Shown: positions 12,001 to 24,384, counted from the stretch's first letter. The stretch: DNA of 64,000 nt from Azolla caroliniana (GCA_043228905.1 JBHGNT010000009.1:7316001-7380000), one strand, 5' to 3'. The notes: generated by a model from the sequence alone, not told the origin. A program made the numbers and translations.

Positions 12001-13076
12001 GTGTGAGGCCGCCCAAGCATACTTGCACCATCTCGTCTTCGTCGATGTTGAAGTTGATGGAGCCAAGCGAGTCGCAAATGCTCTTGATCTTGGCGGTGTA
12101 GTCCGTCACAGACATTTCTTTTTGTCGTATGTTGTTCAACCTTTGCCGGAGTTGAAGCTTGCGCGTGGATGTGTCCGCGGCGAAAATCTTCTTGAGATTT
12201 TCCCACGCCTCTTTGGGCGTCTTGGTGTCACGAATGTGGCTAGGCATGTGGTCGTTTACACATGTTGCCAAGCAATACATTACCCGACTCGTGCCTTGCT
12301 CCCATGTTGGGTAGCCGGCGTGTGTGGTTTCGGGTTTATTTTCTTGTGTGCCGTTGATGTAGCTCCAATACCCTTGGCCGACAAGGTATTGATTCATCTT
12401 GTACTCCCAAGATGAATAGTTGCTTCGGTCTAGCTTTTTGCTAGCTTCCCATTTGTTTGTTCATGTTGATTGTTGTGTCTTCCGTTTTGTTTTTCTTCTC
12501 TTGGTCGCATACACGTCCTTTATAGCGGCACTACGGAAGCAGATAGCGAATAGCCGGGATTTGTCGTCAGCATCTCGAACACACAATCACGAATAAGCGG
12601 TGGACTTAGTGGATTTCCTAAACCACGCGCTCTGATACCATGTTAAGTAATTAGGTAATTAACTAGGGTTAATTAGAGACTAATTATATGGTTACGTTAA
12701 GCAGCGGAAGATTAGTATGATATGAGCGTGAGAGTGTGTGAGGAAGAGAGAGAGAGAGGAAGTTACACTTGAACACAAAGATAAATGGGGGATGATTGAC
12801 TATATTGAAAAGTGTCATCAATTACAAAAATACCCACAATGAGGTATATATACAACCCTTGTGCAAAGGTGCACATGTGTGGGTAGAACATAGGTACTTA
12901 TGTGTAAGTCTTACATTAAATGTACTAAGGAGTGGAGGATCTAGAATATCCCACTTAAGTACAAGGTCCTATTTAAAGGCTTAAGGTCAACACATTAACT
13001 AGATTCGATCTAGGTAACTACTAAGTTACATGTGTTGACTAACTAAATTAAACTAGTTGAGCTTGATATCTCAACA
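9039..13076 (-). mobile_element. Non-autonomous copia element D (gag, protease, integrase; no RT or RNase H); 5' LTR 12641-13076, 3' LTR 9039-9460
   Basis: Near-identical LTRs; TSD GTGAT (9034-9038 and 13077-13081); PBS TGGTATCAGAGCGCG; PPT 9461-9469; ORFs for gag with CNYC..H....C, protease WFVDSGAS and integrase with DDE. Confidence 0.95.
9578..12464 (-). pseudogene. Disrupted gag-protease-integrase of element D
   Basis: ORF fragments 11618-12397, 11075-11563, 10478-11041 and 9578-10462 separated by stops and frameshifts. Confidence 0.9.
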
Positions 13077-13534
13077 GTGATAAATTGGACTATTGATGGA
13101 TTATTCTCTTCTTCTAATAAAGTGGATTGTTGAGGGGTTGTGGAGATGAAGGAATTTCAAAGTGCATGCGTATCAGGCCTACATATCTTCAAGGAGGAAG
13201 CAGATAGTGTAAAGCAATTATAATATCAAAGTAATTTATTGTGGAAGAGTTCGAAGGAAGTATTGAAGGCTAGTCTTCATTTTGTTTAAAGGAGTTATAT
13301 TTACTACAAACATTGGATTGTTGGATTGTCCTGTATATTGCCTTTGGCCATTTTCATTTTAATACCAATGGAGTATGTATAATCTTTTCGTGAAAAAAAG
13401 AAAAACATGGTATGAAAGCCATAAATAACCTCCCTTCATTATTAGCGCGTACCAAACATAGCGATACCATTCTCAGAAACCTTGGCGAGAAGACAACGAG
13501 AGGTTTGTGTGTTGGCCGACACCTAGCTGACCTG

Positions 13535-13710
13535 ACCCCACTCTGGCCAACCGAACCCGCCAGACTCGATCCAACCAAACCCGACCTGACTCGACCCGAT
13601 CTGGCCTGACCCAAGCCCGACTCGGTCCAACCTGACCCGAACCAAACCCGACTTGACTTGACCCGAATTGACCCAACCCAAACCCTACTCGATCAGACCC
13701 GACCCGACCA
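13535..13710. repeat. Degenerate (ACCCG/A)n pentamer array, possibly a DNA-transposon subterminal remnant
   Basis: Many ACCCG, ACCTG and ACCCA units. Confidence 0.5.
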
Positions 13711-15860
13711 ATGTGTGTGAGAGCGTGCTAGAGAGAGAGAGAGAGCTAAACCAACTTGGCAAATAGATTACAAAAGTATTTGCCAAAGTTGATACATCCC
13801 GCCCAATATGGTTTTATTGCAAGTAGGAATATATTGCATAATGTGTTGAATGTTCAAATGGCCATGGATTATGCTCGAAACACTCATCAAGAATTGATTA
13901 TGGTGTAATTAGATTTGGAGAAAGCTTATGATCATGTTAATTGATCCGTTGTTTCTGGGTTAATGCATGCAATGGGGTTTGGACCTCGTATCTCTCGCCT
14001 CATATTTTTGTTAGTACAAGATGTGGTGTCTCGAGTCATGCTTAATGGAGGAGTTACATCATACATTGCCCTTACAAGATCTGTTCATCAAGGATGCCCT
14101 ATTAGCCCATTGTTGTTTGTTATTGTTACTCATCCCTTGTTAGTGATGCTATCAAGGCTTGCAACAAATGGTGATATTGTAGGTCTACACCTTCCGTCTG
14201 GAGGGCAACTAGTTGCACAAGCTTTGGATGATGATTCTTTCATGTTTCTACAAGCCTCACGAGAGAATCTTGAGAAGGGGATGCTTGTATGGAGCCAATT
14301 TGCATTGGCTTCTAGATTACATATTAATTGGAGGAAGTCTAGTTTCATATCATGTACTGAAAGGGATTTGGAATGTTTAGGATGGCAAGGATCCGTGGTG
14401 AAGAAAGGCTCTATTTTTCGACACTTGGGCTATCCATTAGGAATGAATGTTATAAATGGTCAATTGATTGAATGGATGTCTAGTAAGTTGAGGGATAAGT
14501 TCATGTATTGGAAATCACAATCTTGGCCATTTCATGTACGTTTGAAGGTTGTACAATGTATTATGGAACCTATGATATTATATTACTTGCCATTGCTGCC
14601 GTGGACAAAGAAGGCTTTGCATTCTATTTTGCAAACTCTTTGATATTTGTTGTGGAAGAAAAGGGATAAGATGGGAATCACTTGGGTTGCGTGGAATCAT
14701 CTACCAATTCAAGCGCTTGGGGGGAGCTGGAGTATTGAACTTATCTAAGCATATGATGGCTCGTAGATTTTCATTATTACAAGACATGTGTTCAAACTCA
14801 AAACCATGGATATCTATTGTTCAATATTTCATTGAGAACAAGGGTTTAACACATGGGAGGACAACAATTAAGGCTTCATGGTGGCAATTACCAAATGGAT
14901 GTATTTCACTTAGGATTCCAGGCTCTACATGTGTTCAACACTTGGTTACGTCATGGCAAGAAGCACTCTTGTTATGTGTATGGAAACCATCATCTAGTAG
15001 AGAGCATTGTAATTCTTTGCAAAAAGAGGTACTTGTGTCTTCTAGGTTATTCTGTTGGCCAGGAAAGGAGAGATTACACTCTCAATTTAATCGTTTGTTT
15101 CGTTTGGGGGTCAAAGAGGTGGGAGATATAGTTGAGGCTCCATCTCAAAGAATTTTGGAGTTTGTTGAAGCACGGCAATTATTTTGCATTTTGCCTAATT
15201 ATGGGTTTATTTGGCAACAACTACGAAATATTCCATTGATGTAAGGTCCCTTACCTCTACAAACAGGAGAACAATCGTGGATTGATTGGTGTTTAAAGGG
15301 TCAAACATCATTGTTACAAGTGACTACTAATCTTTTGTATCATTAATGTGTTGAGTCTCTTGGATGGTTATCATCTAAGGCTAAAGAAGAATGGAGATTA
15401 CACAAATCTAATCATGGGTGGTGACAAATCTTACAACGAAGTTGGCATTCTAAATTGCCACTTGTAGCAAAGGTCTTCATTTGGAGAGTTTTGATTGGAG
15501 GATTGCCTTTGGGATTAGCTCTAAAACGTCGTGGACTAGCAACGGGTAATTGTGTTTTTTGCACTGTTCAAATGGAAGATAGTACTCATCGATTTATACA
15601 ATGCTCAATTGCTTCGCAGATTTGGAGTTACATTTCTCAAATTTGGTGAGTTTCAAAACGGTGGTATTTGACACCTAGACAGTGGGTGTTTGCACAATTT
15701 ACACAGGTGGACCCAAAGTCAAAGATGGAGATTGTTTTTCTATTTTTGAGATATTGGGGATTGCATCATGTTGAGATACAAGCTCAACATTGGCCGAATC
15801 GGCTGTGTAAGCCAAGAACCGGATCGGTTGGGACCGATCGGTTAGGTCGGACCAGTGTGT

Positions 15861-17031
15861 TGTCGTGTGAATCTTCTCACACTATGTAAAAAAATAATTA
15901 ATAAAATAAGTACTTTATATTAGCTTAATGGCATGTTATAGAAAGATGGATGTTTGAGAAGATAGGGAAAAAAGAACTATGATTTATCCCACATAGACAA
16001 GAAACTTAAGGCTCTGGCTATATAATCACCTTGAGATCCCTCATTTTTCATTTGTGTTAAGAGCACTTTGGCCACTTTGTCTAGAAGGATGAATGTGGCT
16101 AAGTTCCCAAAACCGGCTGGCAATAAAATGGAACTGGCCGGTAATGGGAACCAAACCGGAACCGGCTGGCAAGCTAATTGGAACCAGCTAGCAAGCAAAT
16201 CGGAACTAGCACCGGCGGCAAGCTTACCGGAACCGGCCGGTAAGCAAAATTGGAAACTAGCCGGGAAACAATTCGGAACCACCCGATAAGCAATCTGGAA
16301 GGCTTGGTAAGCAAAACCGGAACCGGGCTGGGAAGCAAAATCGGAAACCGACCGGGAAGCAAACCAGAACCGGCAACGGAGCCCGCGAGGCAGCGACCGA
16401 ACGGATAAAAGGATCATGTGGCTAATTAAAGTAAAGTGAAGAAAACTAAAGTAAAGGCCATGTGGACTCAAGCAACTAAAGTTGGAGTGCATGCATAAAG
16501 TAAAGGTGATGTGGAAGGTAGCAACAAAAAGTGGACATGCATATGATCAACGGGGAACTCCATATATATTCCATCTTTTTTCTACACTCATTCTCTCTCC
16601 ATTAAATTTTCTTTTCCTTCTTAGCTCTCTTATCTTAGGGAAGCCATAACTCTCATAAACCCAAAATTCCCTACGGAAGCCATAACACTCAAAAACCCTA
16701 ATTTCCTTACGGAAGCCATAAACCCTAAAATTTCCCTACGGAAGCCATATCTCTCAAAATCCAAAATTCCTTATCAAAGCCATATCACTCAAGAATCATA
16801 ATCTCTTATTTCCTCTAATCTATTATTCTAGTAATCTCCTTAAGATAAAATTTTTGTAATCCCATTCTTGGGATTGATTGTAATTTTTCTTTTCTATCTG
16901 TTCATGAAATTTGTCAATCTTTCTCATTTTCCATTAATTATTTAATATAAACATACGAATCTGATATCTTCCGCTCAGAGGCCCTAGGGTCTTGCCTCAA
17001 ATTCACATATCCTCGTCGTATTTTCGCGACA
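15861..17031. mobile_element. Solo LTR (1171 bp) inserted in the 5' LTR of element E
   Basis: Termini TGTCGTG...CGCGACA; 4-bp TSD GTGT; removing it restores a match to the 3' LTR; internal AACCGG and GGAAGCCATA tandem repeats. Confidence 0.85.
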
Positions 17032-17276
17032 GTGTAAACTGGGTACGTAAACCGGTACGCAACGAGAAGCCGTAGCGATGCGTAAACCGCGAGGCCGTTG
17101 GAAAGATATTCCGCGTAGGAATATATTTTGGGAGTTAGTGTAGAGCTCATTTATGAGCATTGAAGTACGTGTCAGTACTTCTGTCAATCCATATGGAGTT
17201 ATATAATAGTGCTCACTGAGCACATCCTATGTACAGATTGAGTATTATTTTTTAATAGAGTTGTGTGTATTGACTC

Positions 17277-17850
17277 CATAGTTCCTAATATTCGCGTACG
17301 TCCAATTTACTGGACGTACGCGAACGTTTGCAAACGTACGCGTATGATACGCGATATTCGTTTGGCTTTTTTTTTTCTTTTTTTGACTTTTTTTTGGTTT
17401 TTTTAATTTTTGATATTCATAATATTTTGTGAATAGAAGTGACATCTGACACACATACACACACACACTCTCTCTCACACGAGAATTGACAGATTTTCTC
17501 TCTCTACAAAATCTAGATATCTAATATACATATTACATACTCCCTCACACAGACAAAACCCATAGCTCCTCTCTCTCTCTCTCTTTCTAGAGTCTAGATA
17601 TACACTCAATCACTGTCTCCTCACACATGCAAAACATGGCTTCTCTCTCTAGACCACACACGCTCTCTCTCTCTCTCTCTCCCCCTCACACACACACACA
17701 CTATGTACACCATATACACCATATGTATATATAATATATCTATGTACCGCGTATGGATTTCAATCATACTTGGAGCCTTTTCACATATGAGTATGATACG
17801 AATATTGGCGTTTGAGTATGACACGAATGGGACGTATGGCTAGAACTATG
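17277..17850. mobile_element. Non-autonomous hAT DNA transposon (574 bp) in the 5' LTR of element E
   Basis: TIR CATAGTTC...GAACTATG; perfect 8-bp TSD ATTGACTC (17269-17276 and 17851-17858). Confidence 0.92.
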
Positions 17851-18062
17851 ATTGACTCTCTCTCTGTCTCTCCCGCGTACTGTGAGTGAGTGTGTGTGTG
17901 TCCAAGCTCTTCATTAAACCTGTGTTTTCCTACATTCTGCTTTCTGTTGCTTCCGCACGTTGTTCTTTTTACATGGTATCAGAGTGCGAGGGTTGAGAAC
18001 CTCTGCAGACGACCTTAGCTCGAGAAGAAAACCTAACCCTTGTAAAGAGCAGGAAAAACAAA

Positions 18063-21000
18063 ATGGATAGAGGCATGGCTAGCTCACTTCTGACCGAGAA
18101 ACTCGACAGAAACAACTACGCGTCTTGGTCATACAAGATGCACCAATACCTGCTCGGACATGGATATTGGAGCTATGTCGACGGAGCAAATGACACAACA
18201 CCCGTTTCGACACACAAAGACTTCCCGACTTGGGAACAATTGGCGAGCAGAGTTCTCTACTGCTTCGCGTCTTGTGTGGGCGAACAACTTCTGAGCTATA
18301 TTCGGGATGCAAAAATGCCGAAGGATGCTTGGGGAAATCTGAAAAAGATTTTCGTCGCAAGCACCACAGCCAGAAAGCTCCAACTCTGACAAGAGTTGAG
18401 CAACTTGCGACAACGCGATTTGTCGGTGGCTGATTACACCTTGAAGATCAAAGATATATGCGACTCCTTAGCCTCCATCAATGTGAATGTCGAGGAAGGC
18501 GAAATGGTGTAGATCTGTCTCGGGGTACTGGCGTCGAAGTTCAGAGCATTCCGAACTATTGTGTGCACACGGGAGAATATGTCGTCGTTTTTCGACCTAC
18601 AATCGATGCTCCTTATAGAGGAGAACCATGCCGGTGCGTCGACGAGTACGCATGCCGATAGCAAGATGTTGTACACAGAGGGAGATAGGCCCCGTGGTCG
18701 TGGCGGACGACGGGATCAAGGAAGATGGCACCGAAGTGATGCCGACGGTAAGTCCGGACCCTCCGGAAACAAGGGGAGTCGAGGCGACAAGAACCAGCAA
18801 GGGAAACCCGTCACGGAATGCTGGTATTGTGGCAAGAAAGGCCACAAGGAGAGCGAGTGTTGGAAGAAGTGTGCCGATTCGGAGAAAACCAGATCTAGAT
18901 CCGGACAAATTGACAAAGTAAATTGGCAACGATCGCACTACGCCGAAGGATCCGAATAAGTCAAAAAGGGGGCAGCCTTCGTGACGAGACACGAGGCGAA
19001 CTCAATGAAGGAGACCACCGCGAAATCGGACGAGGTGTGGTACGTTGACTCCGGCACATCAAACCACATGACGAGCCATAAGGAGTGCTTCTCATACCTT
19101 GAGAAACCGATGCAACCGGGAGTAGTCGCAACAAGAGACAACAGTCCACATCCGATCGAGAATGTCGGTGAAGTTCCCCTGAGCCATGTCGAGCAAAAAG
19201 GGAAACTCATGAACGTGTTACACGTCCTGACAATCACGAAGAATCTGGTGTCGGTCGGGCAAATTGTCGACCAGGGGATGCAAGTCCGGTTTGTGCATCT
19301 CGGGTGCTTCATCGAGGAGGAAGTCCAAGTTATTGCACAAGGACGCAGAGACGGGAGGATGTTTATCCTTGACACCAATGACGTTGGCACCGCAATGTTT
19401 GCAAAAGGACAAAAAGTCGCGTTGGATATCGACTTATGGCCCAACCGGATAGGCCACGTCAACGATCAAAGGCTTCAGGACTTGCAATCGAAACAAGTTG
19501 TGTTCGGATTGCCCAAATTCAGTGGTCGGAAGGCCCAAATTTGTGAAGCCTGCGAGCTAGGGAAGCAACACCGACTTCCTTTCCTAAACGAGCGTAACTG
19601 GAGCCGGAACAAGCTCGACTTGATACATTCGGATGTATGGGGGCTGACACAGAATGTTAGTCTTCGCGGGAGTCGATATTTTGTCTCCTTCATCGACGAC
19701 TACACGCAGCACATGTGGATCTATCTCACTGAAAAGAAGAGTGAAGTCTTCGACTGTTTCTAATACCTCAAAAGCTTCGTAGAAAGGGAAAAAGGGAGAA
19801 AGATCAAGTGCCTACGGTCGAATGGCGGAAAAGAGTACTTTTCCGGACAATTCAACAGTTATTTGTAACAAATGGGAATTCAGCACGAATTTAGTTGCAA
19901 GTATACGCTGGAGCAAAACGGCGTAGCTGAAAGGAAAAATCGGTCGGTTGTGGAAGCGGCATGGGCAATGCTGGAAGAAAAGAGCTCGCCCAAGTTCTAT
20001 TGGGCCGAGGCGATATGAACCGCGGTCTACATCCAAAATCGGATCAGAGACAAAGTGTCGACGCATGAGCTGTATTTCGGAAGAAAGCCGAATCTACGAC
20101 ACTTGAGAGTTTTCGGTAGCATTGCGTATGTGCATGTGCCGAAGGAGAAACGGAGGAAGTTGGACGCGAAAGCTGAGAAGTGTATCTTGGTAGGCTATTC
20201 GGATGAACAGAAGGGTTATAAGTGTTATAACCCCCAAACCAAACAAGCTCACGTGAGCCGTGATGTTGTGTTTAACGAGTCCGTGTCCTAGTACTTGCCT
20301 CCGACTCTGGACCTCAACTCCAACCTCGGATCTCCGGACCCGAGTTTTGATGATGAGGTCAACGAGGTTGAAATGCCTCCGGATGACCGCGAAATCAAGA
20401 CCCTCGATGAGAGTCCGATTTCATTTCGGCTAAGTGGACCGAACGAGCGATTGGGTCGGTTTGACCAGTCCGAAGAAGAGCCGGCGAGCAGTGGAAACTC
20501 GACCATGCATTCCCCGCGCAGGAAGCCGAGGAGACGGTTTACACGCAAAGAAAAAGGGAAGAAGAAGATGTCGGAGTACGGCACGGATAAGGGTGCGTCA
20601 GATCAACGTGAATCCGACTCCGAGAGGAGCGAGGATGGGCCTTCGAGAGAGAAGTCTGTGTCGACCAAGAAAGCCTCAACATCGGCTAATGAGCAATTAC
20701 GTCGATCTACCCGCCAGAAGAACCCTGTTGTGCGGTTCAGATACAATGAGTACATGGCGCATCACTATGTGTACATGATGCGTGTAACAGAAGTGCGTGA
20801 GCCGGAGAGCTACATAGAAGCGGCGAAGGACGCAAATTGGCGTGTCGCAATGGAGGAAGAGATGCGCGCATTGGCGGAAAATGAAACTTGGGACCTGGTT
20901 GACGCACCGAAGGGTGTAAAGCCGATCGGATGTAGGTGGGTGTACAAGATCAAGTACAACACCGACGGCTCTGTCAACCGATACAAGGCCCGATTAGTAG

Positions 21001-22140
21001 CGAAAGGCTACGCGCAACAACACGGTATCGACTATGACAAGACCTTCGCACCTGTCACGAAGATGACTACCGTGCGTGTTCTGCTAGCCGTAGCAGCGGC
21101 AAAGGGGTGGCATTTACATCAAATGGATGTCAAGAATGCGTTCCTGCAAGGCGAGCTTGAGGAACATGTGTACATGGTACAACACCCCGGATTTCACTCC
21201 GGAATGAACACTTCGGCGGTCTGCCAGTTGAAGAAGTTCCTTTACGAACTAAAGCAAGCCCCACATGCTTGATAAATCACGCAGCGATTGCGTCGGATGG
21301 GATTTGCGACGTCTAAATCGGACTCTTCACTGTTCATTCGGCAAGGTCGACTCGGGTCGGTTAGTATTTTACTCTATGTTGATGACTTGGTCATCACCGG
21401 CGCCGACCTAGGTGAAATTGACCGCATAAAGCTCCAACTCGCGGCATCATTTTACATGGACCTGGGGGACCTTCATTACTTCCTCGGGATTGAAGTGATC
21501 CATACCCCCGAAGGCATACTAATCAACCAACGATATTAAATGTTGGGTATGCTCTTCAAGTTCGGGATGGCTGACTGTAAGTCCGTCTCGACTCCTCTGG
21601 GATAGAACCATCAAGCTTCGCCCCGACTCCGGAAAGGTTTGTGACCCAAAGAGGTTCCAACAGATTGTTGGAAGCCTCATCTACTTGACTATCACTCGAC
21701 CAGACCTCAGTTACCCGGTCGGTGTGATTAGTCAGTTCATGGCGCGGCCAACCGAGGAGCACCTTCAATGCGCACAACGCGTACTCCGGTACATCAGTGA
21801 CACTAAGGACCGGGGGCTACTATATCAGACTGATATTGCCGCGCAGTTAGTCGGTTACACCGATGCTGATTGGGCCAGAAACGTCGGCGATCGCCGATCC
21901 ACATCCGGATTCGCGTTATCTCTTGGGAGAGTTGCGATGCGTGGAGTAGCAAGAAGCAGCCAACAGTTGCATTGTCGAGCACCGAAGCCGAGTATAGAGG
22001 AGCGGTTGCCGCAACATGCGAAGCCATCTAGCTGAAACGACTACTTAAGGATCTGCAGGTGGAGGTGTCCGATCCGACGATGATCTACTATGACAACCTC
22101 AGCAGCATCCAGTTAGTGAAGAAGCTTGTCTTCCACGCCC
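18063..22140 (+). pseudogene. Copia gag-pol of element E with many stops and frameshifts; RNase H C-terminus deleted
   Basis: [62 protein letters not shown]. Confidence 0.92.
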
Positions 22141-22646
22141 GTTAGTGAAAAACCCTAAACCCTAAACCCTAAACTGAGGGCCAAGCGAAAGAAAGGGCAG
22201 CCGAAGAGGCGCCAACACCGCGATAACAAGGGAGCTGAGAAGGGCCGCACAAGCATACACACCAATCGGAAGGTCGAGGAGCACAAGCGAGGCGTGAAGC
22301 TAGAAGAAACCGAAGTGGTTATCCGGAAGAACTAGAAGAGCCTCAAGTTGAGCTTGAGGGGGAGTGTTGAGATACAAGCTCAACATTGGCCGGATTGGCT
22401 GTGCAAGCCGAGAACTGGATCGGTAGGGACCGATCAGTTAGGCCGAACCGGTGCGTAAACCGGTATATAACGAGAAGCCATAGCGATGCGTAAACCGCGA
22501 GGCTGTTAGAAAGATATTCCGCGTAGGAATATATTTTGGGAGTTTGTGTAGAGCTCATTTATGAGCATTGAAGTACGTGTCAATACTTCTGTCAATCCGT
22601 ATGAACTTGTATAATAGTGCTCACTAAGCACATCCTATGTACAGAT

Positions 22647-23300
22647 TGTTGAAGGCAATGCTCGGCCACAACCGAGGAATAGGATTAACTCACAGAAAAC
22701 AGGAAATACAAAATGCACGAAGTCAATGGAGAGAAGAGTACACTGGATGTTTTACGTGGAAAACCCTAAATGGGAAAAAACCACGGGAGTCCTCAAACTC
22801 CAACTATCACTACAAACAGAGATGTACAATGGTGAAGCTACAAGGCAACAACCTTGAGCTCACTGTCTTCGCCACAGGCGGCGGTAATACACAGAGGCAA
22901 CGACCTCTTCGTCTCTCTCTCTCTCTCTCTCTCTGCTGCTCACTTAGCTCCCTCTAAGTGGAAAACCAGAAAATGAGTAACAACAGCAAAAACTGTTTGC
23001 CCTAAGTCATATTTATACACATATGACTTTCGGGCTACTTACAAATATAGCCTCGAGGGCCCTTGGCAAACATATTCACAAATATGTCCCCGCATCCGGA
23101 TCTCTCTCCGGGTACATTCGTCATCCGGCTCCGTAGCCGGGGTCTTCATCATCCGGATCCGAAACCGGGGTCTTCATCATCCGGCTCCGTAGCCGGGGTC
23201 TTCATCATCCGGATCCGAAACCGGGTACTCCTCATTCGGGTCTTCATTCCCGATTCCCGGACATCCGACCATCCCATCCGGAGGGACCGTAATCCCAACA
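22647..23300 (-). mobile_element. Solo LTR (654 bp) inserted in the 3' LTR of element E
   Basis: Termini TGTTG...CAACA; TSD CAGAT (22642-22646 and 23301-23305); GC-rich tandem repeats 23120-23250; orientation inferred from a CCCGTGGTTTTTTCCC..GGGTTTTCCACGT motif on the minus strand. Confidence 0.88.
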
Positions 23301-23826
23301 CAGATTGAGTATTATTTTTTAATAGAGTTGTGTGTATTGACTCTCTCTCTGTCTCTCCCGCGTACTCTGTGTGTGTGTGTGTGTCCAAGCTCTCCATTAA
23401 ACTTGTGTTTTCCTACGTTCTGCTTTCTGTTGCTTCCGCACGTTGTTCTTTTTACACGTCATAATTGGAATATGTGCAACGCTTTTGTATTCGATGGTAG
23501 ACATGGAGTGAAAGCATATCTACGAAAGTTGAAGAGAGTACTAATGTGACAATTTTCTTTATTGGAGCAAGTGGAAATCCTTTCATCGGTGGAATGTTCG
23601 TATTGCCTATTGGCAATTCAACATCTTCCATTACCCATGTAGTGTAGTGTAGTTAGTGGGTGACCATACTTCATGGTCACACCCATTGTAAGTAGTGTTT
23701 TTTACACACATTTATATTATATTTATTAATATAATTGTTTGTTATCACCCAAAAAATTAAAGAAAAAAGAGAGCTAAACCAACAAACCCCTAAACCAAGA
23801 GACCTTCAACTTACAAGTTACCACAA

Positions 23827-23862
<36 letters not shown>

Positions 23863-24060
23863 AGCCCTCTGATGAACCTCTGTTTCTTTGTCCTGTCTTA
23901 TGTACCCCCCCCCTCTTTCTTCTGATTTCTCTCTCTGAAGCTTTGGCTGTATTGTAAGCTCCTCTCCTTATACATACGCATTCGTGTGTTCTTCCTCTGT
24001 TTCTCTTTTCCTCTTGAGTTCTGTTTTGTTTTCTGTCTTTGCTTCCCAAGGCGATCGAAA

Positions 24061-24331
24061 ATGGCGGAACACCACCACCAAGAAGAGCAGGGTTGCGTAC
24101 TGCCTGTATTGAATGGGCCAGAAACCATGGAAAAAGCGATGAAAAGCAAGGATGATCAAGTTGAAGATGGAAATGATGGTTCTTCTTCTTCTTCTTCTTC
24201 TTCTTCTCCTTCCTCCCCTCTTCCTATCCATGTTCTTGTGGTAGACGACAGCCCAATCGATCGGAAAATCATTGAAAAACTGTTAACGAAAGCAGCTGCC
24301 TACAAAGGTATCTGTACATTCCATCTCTCAT

Positions 24332-24384
<53 letters not shown>

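Larger units (their letters stand above)
8458..13405 (+). mobile_element. Short non-LTR (LINE-mobilised) retroposon, about 0.9 kb net, interrupted by copia element D
   Basis: Direct repeat CATGGTATGAAAGCCAT at 8441-8457 and 13406-13422; A-rich tail 13393-13405; 3' segment matches the insert at 54797-54980. Confidence 0.7.
15769..23456 (+). mobile_element. Decayed Ty1/copia element E; 5' LTR 15769-17973 and 3' LTR 22365-23456, both interrupted by insertions
   Basis: TSD CATCA/CGTCA; PBS TGGTATCAGAGTGCGAGG at 17974; PPT GAGGGGGAG ending at 22364; LTRs are about 448 and 433 bp after removing inserts. Confidence 0.95.
13745..23770 (+). mobile_element. 5'-truncated L1-type LINE (RT, zf-RVT, 3' UTR), split by copia element E at 15769-23456
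   Basis: QYGFI...LDLEKAYD, HQGCPISPLLF, HLGYPLG, VFIWR...CVFC...HRFIQC; resumes at 23462 with WNMCNAFVF; ends in an A-rich tract near 23751-23770. Confidence 0.88.

Noticed and set aside
9855-12415. Long antisense ORFs over copia regions (9855-10493, 11036-11791, 11933-12415; also 155-709 and 60382-60792)
   Set aside because: Expected shadows of GC-rich retroelement coding sequence; no recognisable domains
15977-16492. 171-aa ORF inside the solo LTR
   Set aside because: Arises from a low-complexity AACCGG repeat array
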